From contig OX597818.1 of assembly GCA_951406725.2 (NCBI GenBank), positions 32,798,001 to 32,862,000 on the forward strand: a stretch of DNA of 64,000 nt, written 5' to 3'. The position numbers and the translations under genes were made by a program. The stretch comes from Octopus vulgaris (lineage: Eukaryota). Shown piece by piece: positions 52,140 through 64,000 of this stretch (its first letter is position 1; the number at the start of each line of letters is the position of its first letter). The notes under the pieces were generated by a model. That model did no database searches. It was given only the letters and a program-made list of their open reading frames with translations, and was not told the origin of the DNA.

Positions 52140-52399
52140 CATCGCAATCATCATCATCATCATCATCATCATCATTATCCTCGCCGTCTCCTTCCTCCCG
52201 CCATCATCATCTTCATCATCATAATCATCACTTACATCGCCTCACAATTGCCACTGTAATCATTATCTTCATCGTCGTCGTCGTCATCCTCTTCGTCGTC
52301 ACCATCATCATCATCGTCATCGTCGTCAGCATCATTATCATCATTATCATCATCGTCGTCGTCTTTGTCATCATCATCATCGCCATCATCATCAACACC

Positions 52400-52431
<32 letters not shown>

Positions 52432-52489
52432 TATCATCGTCGTCGTCGTCGTCATCATCATCATCATCATCCTCATCATCATCGTCGTT

Positions 52490-52520
<31 letters not shown>
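52140..52520. repeat. Degenerate (CAT)n/(CGT)n/(CAC)n trinucleotide array
   Basis: Direct reading; source of the poly-D and poly-M ORFs. Confidence 0.93.
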
Positions 52521-52835
52521 ATACCAGCGTTATAACCGCCACCATAGTAAACACCACGCCTATTGACTCCTTTGCAACAGTCATTATCACAAATGCCATT
52601 GCTATCGCGACCAATATGATTACCCCAATTTACAAAGTAATTAGCATAATGAACAACAACAATAACAAACACAGCCAAACCACGCCTCGCACATCAATAG
52701 AAATCTCAAACGGGGCAAGGGGCGAGGCATCAACATGCTCAGTCGTCATGCTAGAGATAATAGCCAAACTTTCCTCAAATTCTGATAGTGAATCGTTTAT
52801 AAAAGACGTATTGAACAATGCAGTGGATGATATAT

Positions 52836-53055
52836 TCTCTCTCTTTACACTTTTACTTGTTTCAGTCATGTGACTTCGGCCATGTTGGAGCACCGCATTT
52901 AGTCGAGCAAATCGACCCCAGGACTTATTCTTTGTAAGCCTAGTACTTATTCTATTGGTTTTTTGCCGAACCGCTAAGTTACGGGAACGTAAAAACACCA
53001 GCATCGGTTGTCAAGCGATGTTGGGGGGGGGGGGGGGACAAACACAGACACATAA

Positions 53056-53090
<35 letters not shown>

Positions 53091-53277
53091 CATATATATA
53101 AATATACATATATGCTACGGGCTTCTTTCAGTTTCCATCTACCAAATCCACTCACAAGGCTTTGGTCGGGCCGTGGATATAGTAGAAGACACTTGCCCAA
53201 GGTACCACGCAGTGGGACTGAACCCGGAACAACGTGGTTGGTAAGCAAGCTACTTACCCCACAGCCACTCCTGCGCC
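52836..53277 (-). mobile_element. SINE type B, full length
   Basis: Complete reverse-complement copy starting GGCGCAGGAGTGGCTGTG. Confidence 0.9.
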
Positions 53278-53329
53278 TATGTGAACATATTGAAAATATT
53301 CCACATGTCTTAGTTTGCAATCTATTGTT

Positions 53330-53800
53330 ATTAAATTGTTTATTTTCTCTTTTCTTTTCTTGTTTTATTCTTTACAATGTACATGTTGGGTTTCTTAGTA
53401 CCATTTGCTTATTGCCAAACTTTCGATAATACTTCATATCGTTGGTTACTTGTATTTTGAATTTCCAAATATATTGAAAGAGTGATGTATATATTTGTGT
53501 TGAACTGGTTCTGAAGATCTCAGTGATATCTATGTATATCTTTTCGAAACCACACTCGCATTTTGCTGCTCTTTTATAAGACTTAGCTAAGCATTTTCCA
53601 GTGTTTCTGCAGATTAATAGATTTCTGTAATTTCATTGAGACTGAAAAAACGTTTTACTTCCGTTGTTTTGGTTTTGATGAGAAATTTATGATGTTACTC
53701 CATCTAGGTTGCTTCAGTATTTCTTTAAAGATCTTGCGGCATCTGTGAGTTGCAGAAGTTTTGAAGAATCATTAGAATGTTAATCATATACTCTGACAGG
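53330..53800 (-). mobile_element. Decayed Penelope/Poseidon-like GIY-YIG region
   Basis: Minus strand THRCRKIF..TGKCLAKSYKRAAK..KIYIDITE..TSLFQYIWK, cf. GKCLxxxxIYxA..YIGxTE..TxLSxYIWxLK. Confidence 0.55.
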
Positions 53801-54821
53801 GAAATATTCGCCAGTTCAACTTCACAAGGTAAGAACTCATTAGGAAGAACACAGAGTTGTAGAAAATCTGAAGATCTCATTCTTGATTAATCAAACCTTC
53901 CCGAAACACACAGATACCATAGCATCTTTAATGAGTTCTCAAAAATGACCAGCTGGTCTACCCTCGGGTTTGGGCCAACACAGGACAAAATATAAAAGGA
54001 TTTCTAGTGTTCTCGTTTAGTGGTGTGAATGACTTTGTAATGTATCTGATAAATGTACACGCACACACACATACATGCACACAAACAAACATACACATAC
54101 ATACAAACACACACACACTCACGCACGCTCACATACACCTTTCAAGTTATAAATATACAGATTTACTTATATAAGTTTCTGATTAAATATCAATCTAACT
54201 TTACATAGATATAACAATGTATTCTTCTGCAAGAGGTTGCTGGAACTATAACCAGAGGAATATTAAATGGTGGCATGAAATTATTATTAAAATGTATTGT
54301 TTAAAACTTTATTGATTAATAATCGTGTGTTGTATAATCAGAAAAGACTCATCATACTAAGAGGTGTGGAAGTGTAAGAAGATGGTAGAGCTATGATGCA
54401 GTTTACAATAGTGGCGACTTATATCCTAACATAATAGCTATAAACTAGTCTGTAAGGTGACACGCCAGTGAACTTAATAATTATTTCAATATTGGCTTTG
54501 TTTTCAAGTTAATATCTGTTCTGTTACCGCCAGTTCTATAATAATTGATGAAGATGCAGCAGTTTGAATAATCGATGGTTATACTAAAATGATTGTTATT
54601 AATAAAATAATTTGAAAGAGTTAGAGCTAATGAGGGAAAATACGCTGTTCATACTTTACAATATTCTTAGAATAATAATAATCCATTGATCATATTCAGT
54701 TAAGCAGAAATATGGTTCATATGAGGCAATAAATCTAGAAATTGCACCTTGAGATATTAGGTAGGTGTTGAATGTATGATAATCTAGAATTACACATAAG
54801 CAACAAAAATAACAGCAGATA

Positions 54822-55226
54822 GGCGCAGGAGTGGCTGTGTAGTAAGTAGCTTGCTTACCAACCACGTGGTTCCGGGTTCAGTCCCACTGCGTGGCACCTT
54901 GGGCAAGTGTCTTCTACTATAGCCTCGGGCCGACCAAAGCTTTGTGAGTGGATTTGGTAGACGGAAACTGAAAGAAGCCCGTCGTATATATGTATATATA
55001 TGTATGTGTGTGTAGGTTTATGTGTCTGTGTTTGTCCCACTAGCATTGCTTGACAACCGATGCTGGTGTGTTTACGTCGCCATCACTTAACGGTTCGGCA
55101 AAAGAGACCGATAGAATAAGTACTGGGCTTACAAAGAATAAGTCCTGGGGTCGATTTGTTCGACTAAAGGCGGTGCTCCAGCATGGCCGCAGTCAAATGA
55201 CTGAAACAAGTAAAAGAGTAAAAGAG
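54822..55226 (+). mobile_element. SINE type B, full length
   Basis: Complete head, CORE-like domain, microsatellite and (AGTAAAAG)n tail. Confidence 0.92.
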
Positions 55227-56711
55227 TGTGTAATTGATCGATTAAGCAGCAATTTAGTGGTATCTTGAGGTTCGATTTTGATAATATCTCATGTTATACG
55301 TGTCAGAAACCCACTTTACATCCATAGTGTTGCCTTCTACTCGCTATCGTTTTTTTTTATCATTCACCACCTACCTTGAGGTAAACCACATGATGCAATA
55401 TGTTGTCAATTCTGTCGGCAATGACCATGATATTGCTATTTCAACGCATGTATATATAAATGGCAAATCGGAGTTTTGTAATGATAATATACACTCCATC
55501 TGTCGTGAATCACAGCGAGACGGCATGAACTTTTGCAAGAATCTGCTCGCCTACACGTCTATACCCACCAGCGTGTTAATGGGATCTCGTGCATTTGAAA
55601 TACTTATAAGAGTCATTATAGAAAATCCTGCTAAAACAAACACCACACATAGATATAACTTCCAAACTTTCGTTTATGACTAATGATTTCTCTCCTTCTA
55701 AATTTAGTCGCCATCTTAGCACTTCACTTGGCATCATTCCTTGGTAGCATGGAGATGCTACCAAACTTTTTAATGTACTCCCTGATAGCTGAAATCCACT
55801 AATTTCCGATGTCAATATATGAACGTATATCCATTCTGCCAAGCACGGAATCAGAATTATTGTTACATCTCTTCTTGGGATAGATAAATTTTGGCTCTTC
55901 TCTTTACACTTCAGTGCTAATGTTCTGAATAAACCCTCACAGCGGAGGTTGTATAAGATTTCTTCTCGTTGACCCTTATCCCCAGTAATATATTGTTAGT
56001 TTCGACAGACATCATTAAAAGGTATGGTGAAGTCGAACACACCCAAATGCAGCCGATATTCAATCATATACAAGTCGGTAGTCATGTACTGGAATAGTAA
56101 AACACATAAATATTGAAACCTAGCGGAGCCTGTGGGTTTCTTGTTTGCAAATTAGAACAAAGAACTGAACCGCCTTCTCTATAAACTGACGTTCTTTTTG
56201 CCATCAAGACAATCCCTTGCTCTCTACACCGGGGAGCAATATGAGCAGGGTTGTTCAATTCACGAAGAATTCTCGTTCTTGATTAATTGCAGTTTTTCTG
56301 TTAGGATAATGTATTCCTTAATACTTTATTTCGTCAGCGCTTTTTCTAAGAAACTGAATCATCTGATGCCAGTGTGGTTTTGTAAATATTTTACACGATG
56401 TAAGTTTTGCTCGAGGCATATAAGAGACATGTACAACCTCACAATGAATATCACACTGCTCCAAGAAAATTTCGTATCAGAAAATACTTGACCAGCTTAG
56501 AAAAGCAAAAGCATATTATATATATATATTGAAGTTCTCGATAACCTATGCCTAAACGGAAAAGCCCGGTTTATCGAGAAATTTTGATAAAAAAAACTTT
56601 GATCAAAAGGTTTCATGATCTGTGATAATTTGGGACCAAATAACACTTTACAAATCAGCTTTTCAAAATCGCAGTCCCTAAAGATCGAGGTGATTAACCG
56701 ATATGTATTAG

Positions 56712-57010
56712 GACCGGCTCAGTGGTTAGAGCGTCGGGTTTACAATCATGAGGTAGTGAGTCCTGGACAGGGTTGTGTGTTGTGTTCTTGAACAACACAC
56801 CTTATTACACGTTGCACCAGTTCACTTAACTGTGGAAATAAGTTGTGACGTCACTGGTACCTAGCTGTATTGGCCTTTGCCGTTCCCTTGGATAATATCG
56901 GCGGCGTGGAGAGGGGAGACAGCTGGTCTTCCATAAACAGCCTTGCCGGGACTTGTGACTCAGATGCAATCCCATGGTTATTCATGATCGGAAGGGAGTT
57001 TTACTCCTTT
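56712..57010 (+). mobile_element. SINE type E (C-like head and core, third tail type), decayed
   Basis: GGCTCAGTGGTTAGAGCG head and GTGTTCTTGAACAACACACC..CAGTTCACTTAACTG core, then an unrelated tail. Confidence 0.65.
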
Positions 57011-57199
57011 TATTTGGGCCACCCATGTACCAATGAGTAATGGACTCCTCATGGTGGGGGTCGGAGACTATAAATATAAAGAATTTCAAATTCTGCAGAA
57101 AGAGACCAGAGGTGGTATGATCCATTGCACAAACTCAGACACACAGAGTCACAGACACAGACTTGTGTGCATATGTGAGTATATGTGTATATATAAAAA

Positions 57200-57517
57200 G
57201 TAGCACTCCGTCGGTTACGACGACGAGGGTCCCAGCTGATACGATCAAAGGAACAGCTTGCTCGTGGAATTAATGTGAAAGTGGCTGAGCACTCCACAGA
57301 CACATGTACTCAGTTCTCACGTAATTCTCAAGGAAGTTCAGCGTGACACAGTGTGGCAAGGCTGGCCCATTGAAATACAGGTACAACTCATTTTTGCCAG
57401 CTGAGCGGACTGGAGCAACAGGAAATAGAGTGTCTCGCTCCAAAATACAACGCGTCGCCGGGAATTGAACTCACGATTGTGAGCCGAATACCCTAAATTT
57501 AAGCCACGCGCCTTCAC
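57200..57517 (-). mobile_element. SINE type C (CORE-like central variant)
   Basis: Head GAAGGCGCGTGGCTTAAA.., core CTCAGCTGGCAAAAATGAGT, tail like 27002-27190. Confidence 0.85.
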
Positions 57518-57523
57518 AGTATA

Positions 57524-57578
<55 letters not shown>

Positions 57579-57802
57579 CAAAATGGGACAAGAACGCAAA
57601 ACATCCGGAAAACTAGGTGATACGAAAAGGGACAACAAAACATCCAGATGGACGATACAAAGAAAACAAGGACGGGTCATTCGAAGTTTTCTATCTTCAG
57701 TCAAGAACCAGAGTATCCTTGCAATTTCAGCTGATTATTCTTGGTATGTATGTATTCGTATATATGTGTGTATATGTATGTACCCATATATGCATGTATA
57801 TT

Positions 57803-57851
<49 letters not shown>

Positions 57852-57867
57852 TACATATACACACACA

Positions 57868-58231
57868 CAGGGTTGGTCAAAAGTCACCCTGCTGTAAATC
57901 AAAAGTCCATATATACTGTCTGTTATTCTGTATTGACTTGAATGGAGAATTGTGTTGCTCAAGGAGAAATTACAACCGTGTTTCGTGGTCTGCTACCACA
58001 ACAGCTCCTGTATAGGATCCAGTTAGCTCAAGACATCATCAGGAGGAACCACGTTCGGTTTCGGCCCCTACTCCTCTACCGTTCTGACGTGGCGGGGCCC
58101 CCACTTTCGGAGGAGGTGTCTTCTGCTTTGGTGTTGGGTGCTTTTATTAAATTCATTCAGCTGCTAAACATAAATAAATCTTGGTATTAAATGGGTTTGT
58201 TTTACTATCAGGTGACTTTTGACCAACCCTG
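57868..58231. mobile_element. Tc1/mariner-type MITE with perfect 21-bp TIRs
   Basis: CAGGGTTGGTCAAAAGTCACC (57868-57888) and GGTGACTTTTGACCAACCCTG (58211-58231). TA on the right, CA on the left, inside a microsatellite. Confidence 0.88.
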
Positions 58232-58234
58232 TAT

Positions 58235-58296
<62 letters not shown>

Positions 58297-58869
58297 GTGT
58301 GTATATGTGAGTGTGTGAATACATACAGTACTCATACATGCACAGATATATATTAAATGTATGTAGAAAAACACAATGTGTGTATAGGCGCATGTTCAAT
58401 CGCGCGTTTGCGTGTGAGTTTGAACTAATAGGTATTTATTTCCTCATTTTTCAACGCGATAACATTCAGTCAGATCAGAGTGACAAAACCCCATATCCCT
58501 GTTCAGTTATTTTTTTTTATTTACAATGATATGATAGACGTGCGTGTGCGCATATCTGTATATATCTTTATCTGGGGTTTCTATGAGAGTGTGCGTACTT
58601 GCGTGTGTGCGCTTTCGTGTACGTGTGCAAGCGTGTGCGTCTCTGTGAATATGTTTGCGGATGGGCTTTGTGAGTGTGTTTCGTCTATGTCTGTGTATAC
58701 GTTTATTCAAACTTTTGCATTAACCTCACAGGCTGTCTGCAACGTGTATGACAAGATTTCTTGGCTTTGAACTTCTTATCAGAAAATAGCAACGAATTAC
58801 ATAGTAACCTTCTGAAAGATTTCTCATGATATTGTATGCTGTTTCGGTGGAATACAAAAAAAAAATCTT

Positions 58870-59259
58870 TTTTTTCCTCCTCTAGGCACAAGGCTTAAAA
58901 TTCGCGGGGAGGAGGTTAGTCGATTAGATCGACTCCAGTACGCAACTGGTACTTAATTTAATCGACCCCGAAAGGATAAAAAGCAATGTCGACCTCGGCG
59001 GAATTTGAACTCAGAACGTAGCGGCAGACGAAATACCTATTTCTTTATTACTTACAAGGGGCTAAACACAGAGATAACAAACAAGAACAGACAAACGGAT
59101 TAAGTCGATTACATCGACCCAAGTGCGTAACGGGTACTTAATTTATCGACCTCGAAACAATGAAAGGCAAAGTCGACCTCAGCAGAATTTGAACTCAGAA
59201 CGTAACGGCAGACAAAATACGGCTACGCATTTCGTCCGGCGTTTCTGCCAGCTCACTGC
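58870..59259 (-). mobile_element. Dimeric SINE type A
   Basis: Junction GAAATACCTATTTC at 59030-59043. Confidence 0.88.
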
Positions 59260-59504
59260 TCTAAAACAAAAGAAAATTATGAAAGAAAAGCACTATTATG
59301 GTACTGATATCTTCGTTCAAATTATTAAGATGGATACTTTGACCTTATTATACTTATTATACGATCGTTACAATTTACTATTCTTTCCATATACAAGAAT
59401 GTATTGTATCAGGGATGCGGATGCCCCCACTCGCGGGCGCAATTGTGCCTGAGAGCCTATTTTCATTATGCCCGCAGGCTGATATACTTATATGTACAAA
59501 ATAT

Positions 59505-59730
59505 ACTCTTTACTCTTTTACTCTTTTAATTGCTTCAGTCATTTGACTGTGGCCATGCTGAAGCACCGCCTTTGGTCGAGCGCACCGACCCCAGGACTTA
59601 TTATTTGTAAGCCTAGCACTTATTCTACCGGTCTCTTTTGCCGAACTACTGAGTTACGGGAACATATACACACCAGCATCGGTTGTCAAGCGATGTTAGG
59701 AGGAGACACAAACACAGACACACAAACATA
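59505..59730 (-). mobile_element. SINE type B 3' half
   Basis: Reverse complement of the type B tail. Confidence 0.85.
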
Positions 59731-59939
59731 TACACACACATGCATATATATACACACAAACACACACACATATATACACATTTATAATTTGAGCAATTAC
59801 AGGAGTTTAGCATTAAATATTATCTCTGAGTACTGTCATATAATTATTTATTAATTTCATTTTTTTTCTTTTACTAAACCCGTTACTCCGAGAAATTACT
59901 TTCGATTACAATGGGAACTATTTTGCATGTTTATATGAG

Positions 59940-60480
<541 letters not shown>

Positions 60481-61187
60481 ATATTATGACACACATGCAA
60501 GACAAGATATCCGTCCTTAATTAATGTATTGTTTGGCAGAGTGTCACTAATTCAGATCTCTCTCTGGTTCCATACTCTGTAATTGGCTATCGTATTCTTG
60601 ACACGAAGCGTCTCTCTGCCTTTCATTTGTTATGTCTAGAAACTTGCTGAAGAATTCGATTGTGTGTCGACCCGAAGTGACATTCCACCCTGTAATTTCA
60701 TTCCATCGTGCCGAACTTCACACACAGGCATAAACACACACACACACACACACACACATAAACACACACTCACATATTTACGCAGAGAAAAACTATACAT
60801 CACGTCACATACAAACATTGGCACGTACGTTGAGACCGTAGAGTATAGATACACACATTGCAAGGAACACTACATACACTCAAAGCATAAACATTACATA
60901 CATGCATATATAGACGGACAGACACTCACACACAAAAACACGCGCAATCACAAACGCACAAACACACACGCACACACCCACGTACGAAGCGGAAGTGCGG
61001 TTGCTATGTCTAACAGAGACACATGGGAACTTCTTCGATCCATAAATACACACACGAAATTAATGCTACACACGCCTATATACGAACAAAGAGAGAGAGA
61101 GAGATACATATGAAAGGAACATTGTCATCAGTTTCTATAAAGACAATTGTATGCGTGATTCTATGTATGCAATTATACATGTATATA

Positions 61188-61257
<70 letters not shown>

Positions 61258-61384
61258 TATATGCATGCATATGTTTATACACACGCACACATATACAGAG
61301 AAGGTGAGAGAGAGAGAGACATATGTATGCATAAATATCCCAATTTTGACCCTACGCAAAATCCCAAATTTAACTTAATTTGCT

Positions 61385-61872
61385 TTGTGGGAGCAACTGT
61401 TTTTTTCGAAGACGTGTCTTGACGTGAATTGTTCGAAAGAAGGTTCAGAAAAAGAACTGACAACTGATGAAGGGTCGCTTTTTTTGTGTGTTGTTTGCCT
61501 TGTTTTCCATTTATTTCCTTCGTCGTTCGAAAAACAAGTTCATATTCCATGTCCTCGTACTTCGTATTTTTTGTTGTTTACATTTTGTGATGTCTTGTGC
61601 CCACATATGCATATGTATATATGTATAAATGTAAGTATGCAAGTATACGTATGCATGTATATACACACACACACATTTATGTGTATATATATATATATAT
61701 ATAAAATTTACGAAAACACAAATACGAAGACAGGTGGTGTACAAAACAAACAGATGTATTAGTATAACGTTCAGGAATAGAAAAAGTCTTTTACGTTTCG
61801 AGTCTACGCTCTTCTACAGAAAAGTACACAGAAAAAACAAGGAGAGAAAAAAATGTGTGTAGTGGCTAACGA

Positions 61873-61875
<3 letters not shown>
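61385..61875. mobile_element. Second copy of the bipartite TA-centred repeat
   Basis: Homologous to 17605-18042 on both sides of the microsatellite. Confidence 0.6.
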
Positions 61876-61941
<66 letters not shown>

Positions 61942-62024
61942 ATGCATACATATGTCAATATATATGTATATATGCATATATATGTGTAAAGATATATATC
62001 TATATCTATCTATCTATCTATCTA

Positions 62025-62104
<80 letters not shown>

Positions 62105-62107
<3 letters not shown>

Positions 62108-62760
62108 TCCCAAAAGTCACTGACGAGTTTTAATTTTTATAATAACTTCTTTAAGAATAGAATACAAAGTAATATGCACAAGTCAAATTTTGTAACACCA
62201 CTATATCACGTATGAAAAACAGCATCGCTGACATAGAGGCATTTTCGGTTTTGCACGCCTGTGTTCTTTTCAAAATTTGCGTGCTACCTAGCAGTTTTGT
62301 TATTTATTTGTTCCAGAAAAATGACAGGAAAATGTTACTGAGATTTAAAGTTTGACCAATTTTACCTAATCAGAAAACAAGATATAGAAGCTGGCATTTT
62401 CTACATGATAACTGCATGATAGCTGGCACTTTCTGTTTGACAGCTGTCTATCACAAAATGAATTCAAAATCATTAGGAGTAGGATTATTTTTATACAAAC
62501 GAAAACAAATCATTACGACGACGAAAATTGTAGGAACTTATGAAGTTTTAATGAATGAAGTCATGTAAAACAGTCGAACAGACAGGTAAATAATTTAATA
62601 TGGAAAAGAATCCCCAACGAAGTCTTTTTGGGAAAAATTGCACAAATCTGTCCCGATCAAGAGGCCTATCTGTCGGGGAAGGCATAGTCTGACATGGAAC
62701 GAACAAAACTTTATATAAGACATTTTGTTGTAAAAATTGCCTGGCAATGACGGGCTATTC
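62105..62760 (+). mobile_element. Possible decayed 5' end of a Tc1/mariner element
   Basis: CCCAAAAGTCAC resembles the TIR of the 57868 MITE; the eroded transposase-like sequence downstream is only suggestive. Confidence 0.3.
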
Positions 62761-62775
62761 TTCAAAACTAAAATA

Positions 62776-62846
<71 letters not shown>

Positions 62847-62933
62847 ACATCCCCATTGTGTGGTTGGTTATCAGAGTGATTATGTTGCATACACGGACGG
62901 ATATATAGATATATATGTACACATACATAACCC

Positions 62934-62973
<40 letters not shown>

Positions 62974-64000
62974 CTATACATATATATGTATATATACATA
63001 CATATATGTACGTATATATATATATATACGTAAATATATATATATGTGTGTATGTATGTATATATATACACACACATTGATACACGTACATACATAGACA
63101 TATATATCCGTTTGTATAGATATGTGAGTGTTTGTACGTGTTTCTTTGCGAGTCCGTGTGTGTGTGGTTAGGTATGTGTATGTGTGCGTGTGTTTGTGCG
63201 TGCGTATCTTTGTGTGTGCATAAATACATACATGTACATATATACACACCCTACTTCTATGCACGTGTGTATATGTGTCCCTCATGGCTAAACATTCCGG
63301 AACCAGTAGCTCTTGTACATATACTGTGTACATGGAAATGTCGTGTTGAAGAGACGTAACATATCAACTGATGTCAACATACAAGTGACAACATTGACTT
63401 GTCCTATGTCTACATTTTCTTCACACTGTCTCGTCATATATTTCCTTCAGTCGACGTTTCTTTTAATGCTTTTAAAAATCAAATCAAAATTCTATGTCTT
63501 GCATGACGCAAACATTTCCTAGATTGAAACAACTTTGGGGGCTAGATCAGTAAATATATCTATCAGGTGTGGTGCTACAATCTCAATTGAAAAGTTCATA
63601 ACCTTTTCTTAGGCTTAAAAAGGATTTTACAGAAATCCTTTTTATACAAAGCCATTGTGACATACAGCCATGTCATTAAATATCAACAAAGAGAAGAAAT
63701 AAAATGAGATTGAGAAATTTTAGAGAGAAAAAGAATCGAGTTACGTGTCCGGTGAGTAAATTTGTTTACACAGCATATGTATGTGTGAGTGGTTCTGTGA
63801 AGATTCTAGAATGCTTGTGGGTAACACTTTATTATCACAGAATATTTATTTGAAAGTTGGTTTTCTTTTTATATCAGTATGAGTGTTCCTTCTTTAGTTT
63901 TTCTAAGTTCGTATTTATGTATGTACGTATGTATGTATGTGTGTATGTACGTATTTTTGTAGGCAGTTATGTTTGTCTGTCTATCTTTCTATCTATCTAT

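Noticed and set aside
52228-52678. Poly-Asp / poly-Met ORFs resembling an acidic biomineralisation protein
   Set aside because: Frames of a (CAT)n-type array; open in several frames, with no complex coding flanks or splice evidence.
55300-56480. Possible LINE endonuclease remnant or gene fragment
   Set aside because: Only faint motif resemblance; I could not support a call by eye.
61464-61535. Plus-strand CTGATGA..CGAAA hammerhead-like core
   Set aside because: Stem III and the cleavage triplet cannot be formed.

Overview
AT-rich eukaryotic, repeat-dominated DNA. The SINE families and the very dense (TA)n/(CA)n/(TATG)n arrays look like an Octopus (coleoid cephalopod) intron or intergenic region; this taxonomy is inferred. 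I found no intact host protein-coding gene, and nearly all listed ORFs are microsatellite or SINE read-throughs. The window holds more than 30 tRNA-derived SINE copies or fragments of at least four modular types, labelled A, B, C, D/E here for convenience only. It also holds decayed LINEs (L1/Tx1, CR1-group, CRE-like and R4-like), three Penelope-like (PLE) RT/GIY-YIG remnants, mariner and maT-like transposase fragments, several MITEs and a 5'-truncated tRNA-Glu(TTC). The most interesting signals are: (1) several minimal hammerhead-ribozyme-like motifs with non-canonical cores, one cluster lying inside a mariner MITE; (2) a pre-tRNA-Glu/SINE-tail chimera; (3) SINE dimers sharing one palindromic junction at four loci; (4) fold-back inverted repeats beside TA arrays; (5) two candidate minus-strand spliced exons. 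All assignments were made by eye; no database search was run.
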